A stretch of 64,000 bases of DNA, from contig CBDFJQ010000002.1 of assembly GCA_965248575.1 (NCBI GenBank), forward strand, positions 224,001 through 288,000, given 5' to 3'. The notes beneath the pieces are model-generated. The model was not told where the DNA came from. It worked only from the letters and a program-made list of their open reading frames with translations, and searched no databases. Made by a program: the position numbers and the translations under genes. Of the stretch, positions 19,376-29,875 are shown one piece after another. Every line of letters begins with the position of its first letter. Position 1 is the first letter of the stretch. Origin of the DNA: Planctomycetota bacterium (GTDB lineage Bacteria; Planctomycetota; B15-G4).

Positions 19376-19777
19376 GTGCCGGAAAACGCCCTGAACGACT
19401 ATTTGCCCGTGCTCATGCTGCTTTTGTTCTGCGTGAGTTTTGCGGCACTCAACCTGGTGGCGTCGTGGGCGCTCGGCAAGCGCGCGCCTACCAATCCCGA
19501 CAAGGACTCGCCCTTCGAGTGCGGCATGCCGCCCCTTGAGCAGGGTCGCCGGCGCTTCAGCGTCCGCTTCTACGTCGTCGCCATGCTGTTCATCCTATTC
19601 GACGTCGAGGTGGTGTTCTTGTACCCCTGGGCCATCAAGTACAAGGCCCTGGGCATGTTCGCCTTCGTCGAGATGGTGGTGTTCCTGGGCGTGCTCTTCG
19701 TGGGCTGGTGGTATGTGGTCAAGAAGGGCGCCCTCGATTGGGGCAGCCAGCCCAAGCCTGGGAGGACGGTGCGATGA
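19376..19777 (+). CDS. nuoA: NADH-quinone oxidoreductase subunit A
   Basis: [27 protein letters not shown] and [10 protein letters not shown] start chosen. Confidence 0.96.
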   Translation: MPENALNDYLPVLMLLLFCVSFAALNLVASWALGKRAPTNPDKDSPFECGMPPLEQGRRRFSVRFYVVAMLFILFDVEVVFLYPWAIKYKALGMFAFVEMVVFLGVLFVGWWYVVKKGALDWGSQPKPGRTVR

Positions 19778-20310
19778 CCCCCGCAGACGGACAGGGAACC
19801 ACCACCACCGAGTTCGTCGTGCCGGAGCAGTCCTCCGACACCGGCTTGAATGAGGAGGGGGGCTTCTTCGTCACCAAGGCGGATGCCCTGGTGAACTGGA
19901 GCCGCAAGAACTCACTCTGGCCCCTGCCCCTGGGCCTGTCCTGCTGCGCCATCGAATTCATGGCCACAGCGGCCAGCAAGTACGACATGGCCCGCTTCGG
20001 GGCCGAGGTCGCGCGCTTCAGCCCGCGCCAGGCGGACCTCATGCTCGTGGCGGGCACCTGCACCTACAAGATGGCCGAGGCCGCTCGCCGGATCTACGAC
20101 CAGATGGCCGAGCCCAAGTGGGTGATCAGCATGGGGGCATGCGCCAGCAGCGGCGGCATGTACCGCACGTACAGCGTGGTGCAGGGCATCGACACCTTCG
20201 TGCCTGTGGACTTCTACATCTCCGGCTGTCCTCCGCGCCCTGAGAACGTGCTCAACACCATGATGAAGCTGCAGAAGAAGATCGAAACCGAGAAGACGTT
20301 GCGGCCGTAG
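19774..20310 (+). CDS. nuoB: NADH-quinone oxidoreductase subunit B
   Basis: [22 protein letters not shown] and GCPPRPE; ATGA overlap with nuoA. Confidence 0.97.
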   Translation: MTPADGQGTTTTEFVVPEQSSDTGLNEEGGFFVTKADALVNWSRKNSLWPLPLGLSCCAIEFMATAASKYDMARFGAEVARFSPRQADLMLVAGTCTYKMAEAARRIYDQMAEPKWVISMGACASSGGMYRTYSVVQGIDTFVPVDFYISGCPPRPENVLNTMMKLQKKIETEKTLRP

Positions 20311-20348
20311 TCAGGCGAGTTTCCGCGCGCTCCAAGAACAGACGAGAC

Positions 20349-20996
20349 ATGACGAACAGCGACGACAACAAGCCCTCCCATGGTCTGCGGGCCAGCATGA
20401 CCGACCACGGCGACGCCGAAGCGGCGGCCGCCGTGCACGCGAAGTTCCCCGACGTGACACGCGTCGAGGAATACCAGGGCGATGTGCGGGTGCATGTGCA
20501 GCCGGAGAGCGAGCTGGATGTCGTCCGCTTTGCTCGCGACGAGCTCGGCTTCGACCTGTTGGTCGACCGCATGGGCGCCGACCACGGTGAAGATGCCGAA
20601 CCGCGTTTCGACGTCATCACGGCCACCTACAACCTGAGCAAGAAGAAGCGCCTGCTGTTCGTGATCACCCTGCCGGAAGAGGACCCGGTGACGCCGACCA
20701 TGATCGGCGTCTTCCGCGGCGCCAACTGGTTCGAGCGCGAGGTCTACGACATGTATGGCGTGCGCTTTTCGGGGCACCCCGACCTGCGGCGGATCCTCAT
20801 GCCGGAGAACTTCCCGGACTTCCCCCTGCGGCGCGAGTACCCCATGGAGGGGCTCGGAGACTTCGCGGCACCGCGGCGCGCCATCGGTGGCAACGTCGAC
20901 GGCACGGACGGCAAGGTGGCAGTGCCAGAGTACCCCGGCCAGCCGGGTGAGAAGCTCGGCGACCCCTTCGGGCGCACTCCTGGAAACCGGACATGA
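20349..20996 (+). CDS. nuoC: NADH-quinone oxidoreductase subunit C
   Basis: [34 protein letters not shown]. Confidence 0.96.
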   Translation: MTNSDDNKPSHGLRASMTDHGDAEAAAAVHAKFPDVTRVEEYQGDVRVHVQPESELDVVRFARDELGFDLLVDRMGADHGEDAEPRFDVITATYNLSKKKRLLFVITLPEEDPVTPTMIGVFRGANWFEREVYDMYGVRFSGHPDLRRILMPENFPDFPLRREYPMEGLGDFAAPRRAIGGNVDGTDGKVAVPEYPGQPGEKLGDPFGRTPGNRT

Positions 20997-22216
20997 GCAA
21001 CACGCGCACCATGGACGTCGAGGTGGCCGAGGACCGGCACGCCGAGTCGATGATGATCAACATGGGCCCGCAGCACCCGTCGACGCACGGTGTGTTGCGC
21101 CTCGTGCTCGAGCTGGACGGCGAAGAGGTGATCAGGTGCGAACCTGATGTGGGCTTCCTGCATCGCGGCAAGGAGAAGGTGGGCGAGACCTTCTCGCTGC
21201 ACAAGTTCATCCCCTACACCGACCGGCTCGACTACCTCGCGCCCTTGAGCAACAACGTGGCCTACGCGCTGGCCGCCGAGAAGCTCACGGGCATCGAGTG
21301 CCCGCCGCGCGCCGAAGCGATCCGCGTCATCTGCCACGAGCTCTCGCGCATCTCGGCGCACCTCCTGGGTCTGGGCGCCTACGCCATGGACCTCGGCGCC
21401 ATGACCATCTTCTTGTGGACGTTCCGCGAGCGCGAGACGATCTACAGCCTCATCGAGCGCATCTGCGGCGCCCGCTTCACCACCAGCTACACCCGTCTGG
21501 GTGGTGTCGAGCGCGACTTGCCCGAAGACTTCTGGCCGCTGCTCGCATCCTTCCTCAAGGAGATGCCGGGCCGGGTGGACGAGTACGAGGGCATGCTCAG
21601 CCGCAACAAGATCTGGGTGGGGCGTACCCAAGGCGTGGGCGTCATCACCAAGGAGCAGGCGCTGCAGTACGGCCTGACCGGGCCGATCCTGCGCGCGAGC
21701 GGTGTCGAGTACGACCTGCGCAAGGCGCACCCGTACCTGGGCTACGAGAACTACGAGTTCGACGTGCCGATCGGCACCGAGGGCGACTGCTACGACCGCT
21801 ACCTCTGCCGCATCATGGAGATGCGCGAGAGCGTGAAGATCCTGCAGCAGGTCATGGACACCATCCCCGACGGCCCCGTGATGAACCGCGAGGGCGAGGA
21901 GGAGTTGAAGTCCGTGTTGCCCGAGAAGGAAAAGGTGCTCACCAACATGGAGGCCTTGATCCACCAGTTCATGGTGGGCACCAGCGACATCAACATGCCG
22001 GTGGGTGAGGTCTACTTCTCCGTGGAGAACCCCAAGGGTGAGTTGGGCTTCTACATCCGCAGCGACGGCAGCTTCAAGCCGACGCGCCTGCGCATCCGCG
22101 GGCCGTCCTTCGCCAACCTGCAAGTGCTGACCGAGCTGGTTCCAGGGCACATGATCGCCGACATCATGGCCATCCTGGGCAGCATCGACTTCGTCATGGG
22201 CGAGTGCGACCGCTAG
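20993..22216 (+). CDS. nuoD: NADH-quinone oxidoreductase subunit D
   Basis: [28 protein letters not shown] and DFVMGECDR. Confidence 0.98.
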   Translation: MSNTRTMDVEVAEDRHAESMMINMGPQHPSTHGVLRLVLELDGEEVIRCEPDVGFLHRGKEKVGETFSLHKFIPYTDRLDYLAPLSNNVAYALAAEKLTGIECPPRAEAIRVICHELSRISAHLLGLGAYAMDLGAMTIFLWTFRERETIYSLIERICGARFTTSYTRLGGVERDLPEDFWPLLASFLKEMPGRVDEYEGMLSRNKIWVGRTQGVGVITKEQALQYGLTGPILRASGVEYDLRKAHPYLGYENYEFDVPIGTEGDCYDRYLCRIMEMRESVKILQQVMDTIPDGPVMNREGEEELKSVLPEKEKVLTNMEALIHQFMVGTSDINMPVGEVYFSVENPKGELGFYIRSDGSFKPTRLRIRGPSFANLQVLTELVPGHMIADIMAILGSIDFVMGECDR

Positions 22217-22258
22217 GGCGGGCGCGCACCACGGAACTGCGAGGAGCTCACGCAAAGC

Positions 22259-22723
22259 ATGTTTGCACCAGAACTAGTGACCGAGCTGGAACAGATTCGG
22301 TCGCGCTTCCCCTTCCCGAAGGCTGCGATGGTGCCCGTGTTGCGCCGCGTGCAGACGGAAAAGGGATGGCTGGCATCGGACACGCAGGCCTGGGTGGCGG
22401 AGTTCCTCTCCGTCGAGGCCATCGAAGTCCACGAAGTGGTGACCTTCTACCCGATGCTCTTTGCGGAGCCGGTGGGGCGCCACGTGATCCATGTCTGCCG
22501 CACCCTCTCCTGCGATGTCTGCGGAGCGAAGGAACTCTGGAAGCACCTCGAAAAGAAGCTCGGCGTGACCCGTAACGGGACCACGTCGGACAACAAGTTC
22601 ACCCTGCGCGCCGCCGAGTGCCTCGCATCTTGCGGCACGGCGCCTGTCCTGCTCATCAACAACGAACGCCATGAGCATGTGGGTCCTGCGGAAGCGGACA
22701 AGCTGCTGGAGGGCGTCAGCTGA
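22259..22723 (+). CDS. nuoE: NADH-quinone oxidoreductase subunit E
   Basis: VVTFY, CRTLSC and ECLASC 2Fe-2S ligands. Confidence 0.95.
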   Translation: MFAPELVTELEQIRSRFPFPKAAMVPVLRRVQTEKGWLASDTQAWVAEFLSVEAIEVHEVVTFYPMLFAEPVGRHVIHVCRTLSCDVCGAKELWKHLEKKLGVTRNGTTSDNKFTLRAAECLASCGTAPVLLINNERHEHVGPAEADKLLEGVS

Positions 22724-24015
22724 TGAAACTTTCCTCCGTGATTTCAGCGCGCTTCGGCAAGCCCGACAGCACGGCCCTCAAGGGCTACCGCGAAGACGGC
22801 GGCTACGAGACATACCTCGCGGTGCTGGCCGAGAAGCGTGACCCCGATTCCCTGATCGACATCGTCAAGCAGTCGGGTCTCAAGGGGCGGGGTGGCGCGG
22901 GTTTCTCGACCGGCATGAAGTGGTCCTTCGTGCCCAAGGACACCGACAAGCCCAAGTACCTGTGCGTGAACGGCGACGAGAGCGAGCCCGGCACCTTCAA
23001 GGACCGGCAGATCCTCGAGATGGACCCGCACCAGCTGATCGAGGGCGTGGGCCTCACGAGCTATGCCATCGGCGCGCACATCGCCTACATCTACCTGCGT
23101 TGTGAGTTCAAGCAGGGCATCGAGACCGTGCAGGCGGCCATCGAAGAGGCCTACGAGGCTGGCTTGTTCGGCAAGAACATCCAGGGCAGTGGCTACGACC
23201 TCGACGTGCACCTCACCATGGGTGGTGGGGCCTACATCTGCGGCGAGGAGACCTCGCTGCTGAACTCCATCGAAGGCGTGCGGCCCTACCCCCGCAACAA
23301 GCCGCCCTTCCCGGCGGTGGAGGGCCTGTTCGCGTGCCCGACCATCGTCAACAACGTCGAGACGATCGCGAACATCCCGCACATCATCAAGAACGGTGCG
23401 GAGTGGCACGCGACCCTGGGCCACGCCGAAGACCCGGGCTCGCGCCTGTGGTGCGTCTCGGGACATGTGGAGAAGCCAGGCGTCTACGAGATCGAGACCG
23501 GCTTCAAGCTCCAGGACCTCATCGACGGGCCCTGCGGCGGCATGCGCGGTGGCCGCAAGATGAAGGCCGTGATCCCCGGCGGCAGCTCGTCCAAGGTCTT
23601 GCTGCCCGACGAAGTGGCGCAGGTCACCATGGACACCCCCGGCATCCGTGCCATGGGCAGCTCGCTCGGGTCTGCCGGCATCATCGTGCTGGACGAGACC
23701 ACGTGCATGGTGGACGCGGTCCTGAACCTCATGAAGTTCTACGCCCATGAGTCTTGTGGCCAGTGCACCCCGTGTCGCGAAGGGACGCCCTGGATCGTGA
23801 AGATCCTGGATCGCCTGGAGCGCGGGGACGGTCGCGAGGTGGACCTCGAACTCATCAACGACCTCGCGTCCAACATCGAGGGTCGCACGGTGTGCGCGCT
23901 GGCTGATGGCGCGTGCTGGCCGCTCACGAGCATCGTCCGGAAGTTCCGGCACGAGTTCATGGCCAAGATCCCCGCCGCCGCCCGCGTCGCCGGAAAGGAC
24001 GCCGTCACCGCATGA
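22723..24015 (+). CDS. nuoF: NADH-quinone oxidoreductase subunit F
   Basis: GRGGAGF, NGDESEPG, GAYICGEET and ESCGQCTPCREG. Confidence 0.98.
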   Translation: MKLSSVISARFGKPDSTALKGYREDGGYETYLAVLAEKRDPDSLIDIVKQSGLKGRGGAGFSTGMKWSFVPKDTDKPKYLCVNGDESEPGTFKDRQILEMDPHQLIEGVGLTSYAIGAHIAYIYLRCEFKQGIETVQAAIEEAYEAGLFGKNIQGSGYDLDVHLTMGGGAYICGEETSLLNSIEGVRPYPRNKPPFPAVEGLFACPTIVNNVETIANIPHIIKNGAEWHATLGHAEDPGSRLWCVSGHVEKPGVYEIETGFKLQDLIDGPCGGMRGGRKMKAVIPGGSSSKVLLPDEVAQVTMDTPGIRAMGSSLGSAGIIVLDETTCMVDAVLNLMKFYAHESCGQCTPCREGTPWIVKILDRLERGDGREVDLELINDLASNIEGRTVCALADGACWPLTSIVRKFRHEFMAKIPAAARVAGKDAVTA

Positions 24016-25481
24016 TCAAGCTCACGATTGACGGGAAGCAGGTGGAGGTCGAGCCGGGCACGACGCTGCTTGAGGCCGCCGCCTCCATGGGCACCGAGGT
24101 GCCGCACTACTGCTACCACAAGGACATCGGCTCGGACGGTAACTGCCGGGTCTGCTTGGTGGAAGTGAACGGCAACACGGACAAGATGGCCATCTCCTGC
24201 CAGGCGTCGTGCGGCGAGGGCATGGACGTCAAGACCGGCAGCGAGGCCGTGCTCAAGGCCCGCAAGGGGGTGATGGAGTTCCTGCTCATCAACCACCCCT
24301 TGGACTGCACCATCTGCGACCAGGCCGGTGAGTGCCCGCTACAGGACTACAGCTACCACCACGGGGCCGGTGACTCGCGTTTCGTCGAAGACAAGCGCAA
24401 CAAGCCGAAGAAGGTCGAGTTCTCCGACAAGGTCATGTACGACGCCGAGCGCTGCATCCTCTGCACGCGCTGCACGCGCTTCTTCGAGACCGTTCGGGAC
24501 TCACGGCCCATCGGCGTCGAGAACATGGGTGGCGACAGCATGATCACGCTCGGGCCGAACGGGCAGATCGAGGACCCGTATCAGCTGAACATCGTGGACA
24601 TCTGCCCAGTGGGTGCGCTCACCAGTCGCGACTTCCGCTTCAAGCAGCGCATCTGGTTCATGGACTTCGCCGAGAGCGTCTGCCCCGGTTGCAGCAAGGG
24701 CTGCAACATGACGGCGGGTGCCTACCAGGGGCAGCTGCTGCGCTTCGTTCCGCGTCGCAACGCCGAGATCAACAAGTCCTGGATGTGCGACGACGGGCGG
24801 CTGACCTACAGCCGATACAACCTGACGGAGCGCACGCGTGGCGCGTCCATCGCGGGCGAGCCGGCCTCCATGGAGGCAGCCTTCGAGAAGCTGGGCGAGC
24901 TGGTGGGGGCTGGGCAGGGCGTGGCCGTGCTGGCGTCCACCTCCGACACCTGCGAGGAGCTGTTCGCTCTCAAGGCCTGGGCCGGCAAGGTGGGCATCGA
25001 ACACCTGTGGCATGGCGCTGAGACCTGGGCAGGCGACGACTTCCTCAAGCAAGAGGACGCGACGCCCAACACCCAGGGCGCCAAGTCCCTGGGCTATGCG
25101 CCCGTGCCGACGGAGGCGCCGACCCTGCGCGGGCTGGTGGTCGCAGGAGACGTGGATGTCCCCGCTGCGCTGCTAGCCAACCTCGACTTCCTGGTGCTCC
25201 AGGCGCCGCATAGTGGCGAGCTGGGTCCCGCAGCCATGGTGCTGCTGCCTGGCCTGACGCGGGTAGAAAAGAAGGGCACCTGGGTGAACTCGGCCGGCAT
25301 GGCGCAGGCCGTCAAGCCCGCCTTGCAACCTGGAGAGGGTGTGCCCGACGACTGGACCATCTGGCGCGATCTGGCCGGTGAGTCCTGGACGACCCTCAAG
25401 GCCCTCACGCGCGCAAGCAACACGGCGCTGGATGCCTCCGCTGACAACTCGGACAAACCTCTGCTGGCGACGGACTCGTGA
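24012..25481 (+). CDS. nuoG: NADH-quinone oxidoreductase subunit G (short, 489 aa)
   Basis: Start MIKLTIDG (ATGA overlap); HYCYH, CRVC, NHPLDCTICDQAGEC, CILCTRC..CPVG and CPGCSKGC..WMCD. Confidence 0.93.
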   Translation: MIKLTIDGKQVEVEPGTTLLEAAASMGTEVPHYCYHKDIGSDGNCRVCLVEVNGNTDKMAISCQASCGEGMDVKTGSEAVLKARKGVMEFLLINHPLDCTICDQAGECPLQDYSYHHGAGDSRFVEDKRNKPKKVEFSDKVMYDAERCILCTRCTRFFETVRDSRPIGVENMGGDSMITLGPNGQIEDPYQLNIVDICPVGALTSRDFRFKQRIWFMDFAESVCPGCSKGCNMTAGAYQGQLLRFVPRRNAEINKSWMCDDGRLTYSRYNLTERTRGASIAGEPASMEAAFEKLGELVGAGQGVAVLASTSDTCEELFALKAWAGKVGIEHLWHGAETWAGDDFLKQEDATPNTQGAKSLGYAPVPTEAPTLRGLVVAGDVDVPAALLANLDFLVLQAPHSGELGPAAMVLLPGLTRVEKKGTWVNSAGMAQAVKPALQPGEGVPDDWTIWRDLAGESWTTLKALTRASNTALDASADNSDKPLLATDS

Positions 25482-26521
25482 GCGATTCGATGGCCGACTT
25501 GCTATTCGACGTCGGGGCGAGCCTGACGAAGATCATCATCCTGACCCACACCACGCTGATCCTGGCGATGTACATGCCCTGGGTTGAGCGCAAGGTGTCG
25601 GCCTGGATCCAGGACCGCGTGGGGCCGAACCGCGTCGGCTATGCCGGCCTACTGCAGCCCATCGCGGACACCTTCAAGTTCATCTTCAAGGAGGACATCA
25701 CCCCGGGGCACGTGGACAAGGTGCTGTTCGTCCTCGCGCCCTGTCTGGCGGTGATCCCCTCGCTGTTCATCCTGGCGGTCATCCCCTTCGGCCCCAGCGT
25801 CGAGGTCATGGGCCGCACGGTGGACCTGGTCATCGCCGACCTGGGCGTGGGCATCCTCTTCGTGTTCGCGTTCAGCAGCCTGGCGGTCTACGGCATCACC
25901 TTCGCTGGCTGGGCCAGCAACTCGAAGTACCCGCTGCTCGGCGGCGTGCGTAGCTCGGCGCAGATGATCAGCTACGAGATCTGCCTGGGCCTGTCCGTGG
26001 TGGGCATCTTCATGGGGGCCGAGTCCCTGCGCCTGCTGGACGTGGTGAACCTGCAGATCGACGGCACGTGGAACATCTTCACGCAGCCCCTCGGCTTCCT
26101 GGTCTTCGCCATTGCCGCTTTCGCCGAGACCAACCGCCTGCCCTTCGACCTGCCCGAGGCCGAGACGGAGCTGGTGGCTGGCTATCACACCGAATACAGC
26201 AGCATCAAGTTCACGCTCTTCTTCGCCGGCGAGTACGCCGCGATGTTCGTGTTCGCTGCACTGGTCACCGTGTTGTTCCTCGGTGGCTGGGACTTGCCCT
26301 TCATGGATTCCGGCACCTTCGCCGCCATGGGCAACTGGGGCGCCGTGCTTGGGTTCGGCGTGTTCCTGTTCAAGTCCCTGCTGTTCCTGTTGCTCTATGT
26401 CTGGGTTCGCTTCACCCTGCCGCGCTTCCGCTTCGACCAGCTGATGAACCTCGGCTGGAAGGTGCTGTTGCCCATCGGGCTCGCGAACATTCTGATCACC
26501 GGTCTCCTGAACCTGCCCTGA
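25478..26521 (+). CDS. nuoH: NADH-quinone oxidoreductase subunit H
   Basis: ERKVSAWIQDRVGPN, AQMISYE, NRLPFDLPEAE and PRFRFDQLM. Confidence 0.98.
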   Translation: MSDSMADLLFDVGASLTKIIILTHTTLILAMYMPWVERKVSAWIQDRVGPNRVGYAGLLQPIADTFKFIFKEDITPGHVDKVLFVLAPCLAVIPSLFILAVIPFGPSVEVMGRTVDLVIADLGVGILFVFAFSSLAVYGITFAGWASNSKYPLLGGVRSSAQMISYEICLGLSVVGIFMGAESLRLLDVVNLQIDGTWNIFTQPLGFLVFAIAAFAETNRLPFDLPEAETELVAGYHTEYSSIKFTLFFAGEYAAMFVFAALVTVLFLGGWDLPFMDSGTFAAMGNWGAVLGFGVFLFKSLLFLLLYVWVRFTLPRFRFDQLMNLGWKVLLPIGLANILITGLLNLP

Positions 26522-26529
26522 GGTCCCCG

Positions 26530-27078
26530 ATGGCGAAGGTCGTCGAACGACGCAAGCTGAACTTCTGGGAAGAGCTCTATCTCCCGGCCATCGCGGATGG
26601 CCTGGCGCGGACGTTCCGCCAGATGTTCAAGCCGGAGATCACCCTCCAGTACCCCGAGCAGCGCCCGGTCATCGCCGATGACTACCGCGGCGCACCGGGT
26701 CTCGTGAAGGATGAGGAGGGGCGCGAGAAGTGCGTCTCCTGCCAGCTTTGCGAGTACATCTGCCCGCCCAAGGCGATTGTGATCATTCCGGGCGAGGCGC
26801 AGGAGGCCGAGCAGAAGGACGACTACGACTACAGCAAGATCGAGAAGGCTCCTGAGGAGTTCTACATCGACATGCTGCGCTGCATCTACTGCGGCTACTG
26901 TGAGGAGATCTGCCCCGAGCAGGCCATCTTCATGACGGGCGAGTACGAGCTGAGCGCTGCGACGCGCCAAGAGCTGGTGCACGACAAGCCACGGCTGTAT
27001 GAGATCGGCGGCACGCGCCCCGGCCTCATCCAGAAGTGGAAGCACAAGGACGACGGCCTCGAGGCGGGGGAGCACTAG
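26530..27078 (+). CDS. nuoI: NADH-quinone oxidoreductase subunit I
   Basis: TLQYPE and two CxxCxxCxxxCP motifs; start ATG 26530. Confidence 0.96.
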   Translation: MAKVVERRKLNFWEELYLPAIADGLARTFRQMFKPEITLQYPEQRPVIADDYRGAPGLVKDEEGREKCVSCQLCEYICPPKAIVIIPGEAQEAEQKDDYDYSKIEKAPEEFYIDMLRCIYCGYCEEICPEQAIFMTGEYELSAATRQELVHDKPRLYEIGGTRPGLIQKWKHKDDGLEAGEH

Positions 27079-27079
27079 C

Positions 27080-27586
27080 GTGGAAGGTGCACTGTTTTAT
27101 GTGTTCGGCGGGCTGGCGGTTCTGGCCACGCTGTTCACCATCACGGCGAAGAACCCGGTCTACAGCGCGCTGTGGATGATCGGTTCCTTCTCGGCGACGG
27201 CGGCTGTCTTCGTGCTGCTGGACGCCTTCCTGATCGCCACCGTGGAGGTGCTGGTCTACGCCGGCGCCATCATGGTCCTGTTCCTGTTCGTGATCATGAT
27301 GATCAACCTGCGCTCGGAGGAGAAGCAGGGCCTGCGCGTCTCGCCCCTGGCGGTGATTGTGGCGCTGACCTTCCTGGTCTTGCTAGGCCGCGCCGTGGGT
27401 GACCTGGGCTCGGTGGCTGGCAAGCCCAACGAGCTCGTGGGCACGCCGGGTGGGGTGGCTGAGCTGATGTTCACCAAGTACGTGGTGCCCTTCGAAGCCG
27501 TGTCCATGCTCTTGCTGGCCGCCATCCTGGGCACGGTGGTCCTGAGCCGGCGAACCGGGCAGGGCCAAGGGAGCCACGACGGATGA
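27080..27586 (+). CDS. nuoJ: NADH-quinone oxidoreductase subunit J
   Basis: KNPVYSAL, VYAGAIMVLFLFVIM and PFEAVS; GTG start. Confidence 0.95.
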   Translation: MEGALFYVFGGLAVLATLFTITAKNPVYSALWMIGSFSATAAVFVLLDAFLIATVEVLVYAGAIMVLFLFVIMMINLRSEEKQGLRVSPLAVIVALTFLVLLGRAVGDLGSVAGKPNELVGTPGGVAELMFTKYVVPFEAVSMLLLAAILGTVVLSRRTGQGQGSHDG

Positions 27587-27918
27587 TTCCCCTCGAGCAC
27601 TACCTCTACCTGTCCGGGATGCTGTTCACGCTGGGTCTGTGCGGCGTGATGATGCGCCGCAACGTGATCCTGGTGCTGATGTCCGTGGAGATCATGCTGA
27701 ACGCCGCGAACATCGCCCTGGTGGCCTTCAACAAGCATCTTCAGGCCGATGCCATCGCGGGCGCCGCCAACGGCGTGGCTCTCGACGGCCAGGTCTTCGT
27801 CTTCTTCACCATCGCTGTCGCTGCGGCCGAGGCCGCTGTGGCGCTCGTCATCGCGATGGCTCTCTTCCGACGCTTGGACACGGTAAACGTGGACGACGTC
27901 GCGAACCTTCGCTGGTAG
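27583..27918 (+). CDS. nuoK: NADH-quinone oxidoreductase subunit K
   Basis: RRNVILVLMSVEIMLNA and VAAAEAAV. Confidence 0.97.
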   Translation: MIPLEHYLYLSGMLFTLGLCGVMMRRNVILVLMSVEIMLNAANIALVAFNKHLQADAIAGAANGVALDGQVFVFFTIAVAAAEAAVALVIAMALFRRLDTVNVDDVANLRW

Positions 27919-27933
27919 GCAAGGAGCCCCCGA

Positions 27934-29859
27934 ATGGACTCGCTTGGCGCCTGGTTGATCCTCTTCCTGCCTCTGGCCTCCGCTGTGGCCATCGCCTTCG
28001 GTTTGCACCGAAGCAAGATGGCCAGCATGGCGGTATCCATTGGTTCGGTTTGGGTCGGTTTCGGCATTGCGGCCTTCTATTACCTGCCGGCTCTGCTGGA
28101 CGGCGGGCATGGATTCACCGTCAACGACACCGTCCGCTGGCTGACCGCCGGCGACACCTCCTTCCAATACGCAATCCTGGTGGACGGTCTGTCGACCATC
28201 ATGTTGCTGGTGGTGCTGGGAGTGGGTGGTCTGATCCACATCTACGCCGTGGGCTACATGCATGGTGACCCGGGCACGTCGCGCTTCTTCGCCTGCTTGT
28301 CCCTGTTCATGTTCTCGATGCTGGGCATCGTGCTCTCGGACAACTTCTTCCAGATCTTCATCCATTGGGAGTTGGTGGGCGTCAGCAGCTACCTGCTGAT
28401 CGGGTACTACTACAAGAAGCCGGCGGCCAGCGCGGCGAGCAACAAGGCCTTCCTCACCAACCGTGTGGGCGACTTTGGCTTCATGCTCGGCATCCTGATG
28501 CTGTTCTTCGCCACGGGTACGGCCAACTTCCGGGAGATGGCGGCCGTGATCGCGGCCCCTGGATATCTGGAGACGGTGGCCTTCCAGGTGGGTGGGCTGA
28601 ACGGCTGGACCCTGACCAACGAGCACTTCCTGTGGCTCTCGGGCGCCCTGACGCTGATGGGCATCATGGGCAAGAGCGCCCAGTTCCCGCTGCACGTCTG
28701 GTTGCCAGACGCCATGGAAGGCCCGACCCCCGTGTCTGCCCTGATCCATGCCGCGACCATGGTGGCGGCGGGTGTGTTCCTGCTGGCCCGGGTGTTCTTC
28801 ATCTACCTGCCCAGCGACACGGCCATGAGCATCGTGGCGCACCTGGGCATGTTCACGGCCTTCTTCGCTGCGACCATCGCCACGACCCAGTTCGACATCA
28901 AGCGCATCCTGGCCTTCTCGACCCTGAGCCAGCTGGGCTACATGGTCATGGCCATCGGCCTGGGCTCCACGGACGTGGCCATGTACCACCTGACCACCCA
29001 CGCCTTCTTCAAGGCGCTGCTGTTCCTGGGGGCGGGCTCGGTGATCCACGCGGTGCACACCAACGACATCCGGGAGATGGGTGGCCTCTTCTCCAAGATG
29101 AAGATCACGTCCACGCTGTTCCTGATCGGGACGCTCGCGCTGTGTGGCGTGTATCCCTTGTCGGGTTTCTGGAGCAAGGACGGCATCCTGCACCTGACCC
29201 AGGCGCCGCCGGCCTACGCCGACAACTTCTTCATCCATTGGTTGCCGACGGTCACGGCGGTGCTCACCAGCTACTACATGTTCCGCCTCTTCTTCCTGAC
29301 CTTCGTCGGGAAGCCGCGCTACCACGGCAAGCCGCACGAGTCCCCGGCTGTGATGTGGGTGCCGATGGCGGTGCTGTGTTTGCTGGCGATCATCTCGGGG
29401 CCGGTGCTCTTCACGCAGGAAGTCATCGAGGGCTTCCGCAGCGTGACGCGGCCCGTGAGCGCTGCGGCCTTCCACCACATCCACGGCGACTCCCACACGA
29501 TCATCCACGCCCTGATCATCTTCGGCCTCGGCGCGGGCTCGGCCTACGTGGCCTTTGGTCGCGGCTGGGTGAACCCCGAGTCGGTCAAGAAGATGCTTGG
29601 CCCGGTGCACCGGTTGTTCGACAACCGCTGGTACATCGACGACATCTACACGTGGATCGTCGAAAACATTCAGCAGAACTTCGCCCGGCTGTGCGATGGC
29701 TTCGACCGCCTGATCATCATCGGCGGCCTGGTCAACGGCTCCGCTTGGATCACCCGCGCGACGGGTGCTGTGGTCTCCCGGTACCAAACCGGTTCTGTGC
29801 GCACCTATGCGCTCCTGTTCGTGGCCGGTGTGGCCGCTCTTCTCGCGCTGAACCTCTGA
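27934..29859 (+). CDS. nuoL: NADH-quinone oxidoreductase subunit L
   Basis: WELVG, NRVGD, GKSAQFPLHVWLPDAMEGPTPVSALIH and HAFFKA. Confidence 0.98.
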   Translation: MDSLGAWLILFLPLASAVAIAFGLHRSKMASMAVSIGSVWVGFGIAAFYYLPALLDGGHGFTVNDTVRWLTAGDTSFQYAILVDGLSTIMLLVVLGVGGLIHIYAVGYMHGDPGTSRFFACLSLFMFSMLGIVLSDNFFQIFIHWELVGVSSYLLIGYYYKKPAASAASNKAFLTNRVGDFGFMLGILMLFFATGTANFREMAAVIAAPGYLETVAFQVGGLNGWTLTNEHFLWLSGALTLMGIMGKSAQFPLHVWLPDAMEGPTPVSALIHAATMVAAGVFLLARVFFIYLPSDTAMSIVAHLGMFTAFFAATIATTQFDIKRILAFSTLSQLGYMVMAIGLGSTDVAMYHLTTHAFFKALLFLGAGSVIHAVHTNDIREMGGLFSKMKITSTLFLIGTLALCGVYPLSGFWSKDGILHLTQAPPAYADNFFIHWLPTVTAVLTSYYMFRLFFLTFVGKPRYHGKPHESPAVMWVPMAVLCLLAIISGPVLFTQEVIEGFRSVTRPVSAAAFHHIHGDSHTIIHALIIFGLGAGSAYVAFGRGWVNPESVKKMLGPVHRLFDNRWYIDDIYTWIVENIQQNFARLCDGFDRLIIIGGLVNGSAWITRATGAVVSRYQTGSVRTYALLFVAGVAALLALNL

Positions 29860-29875
29860 GCCGAACTCTGAACTG

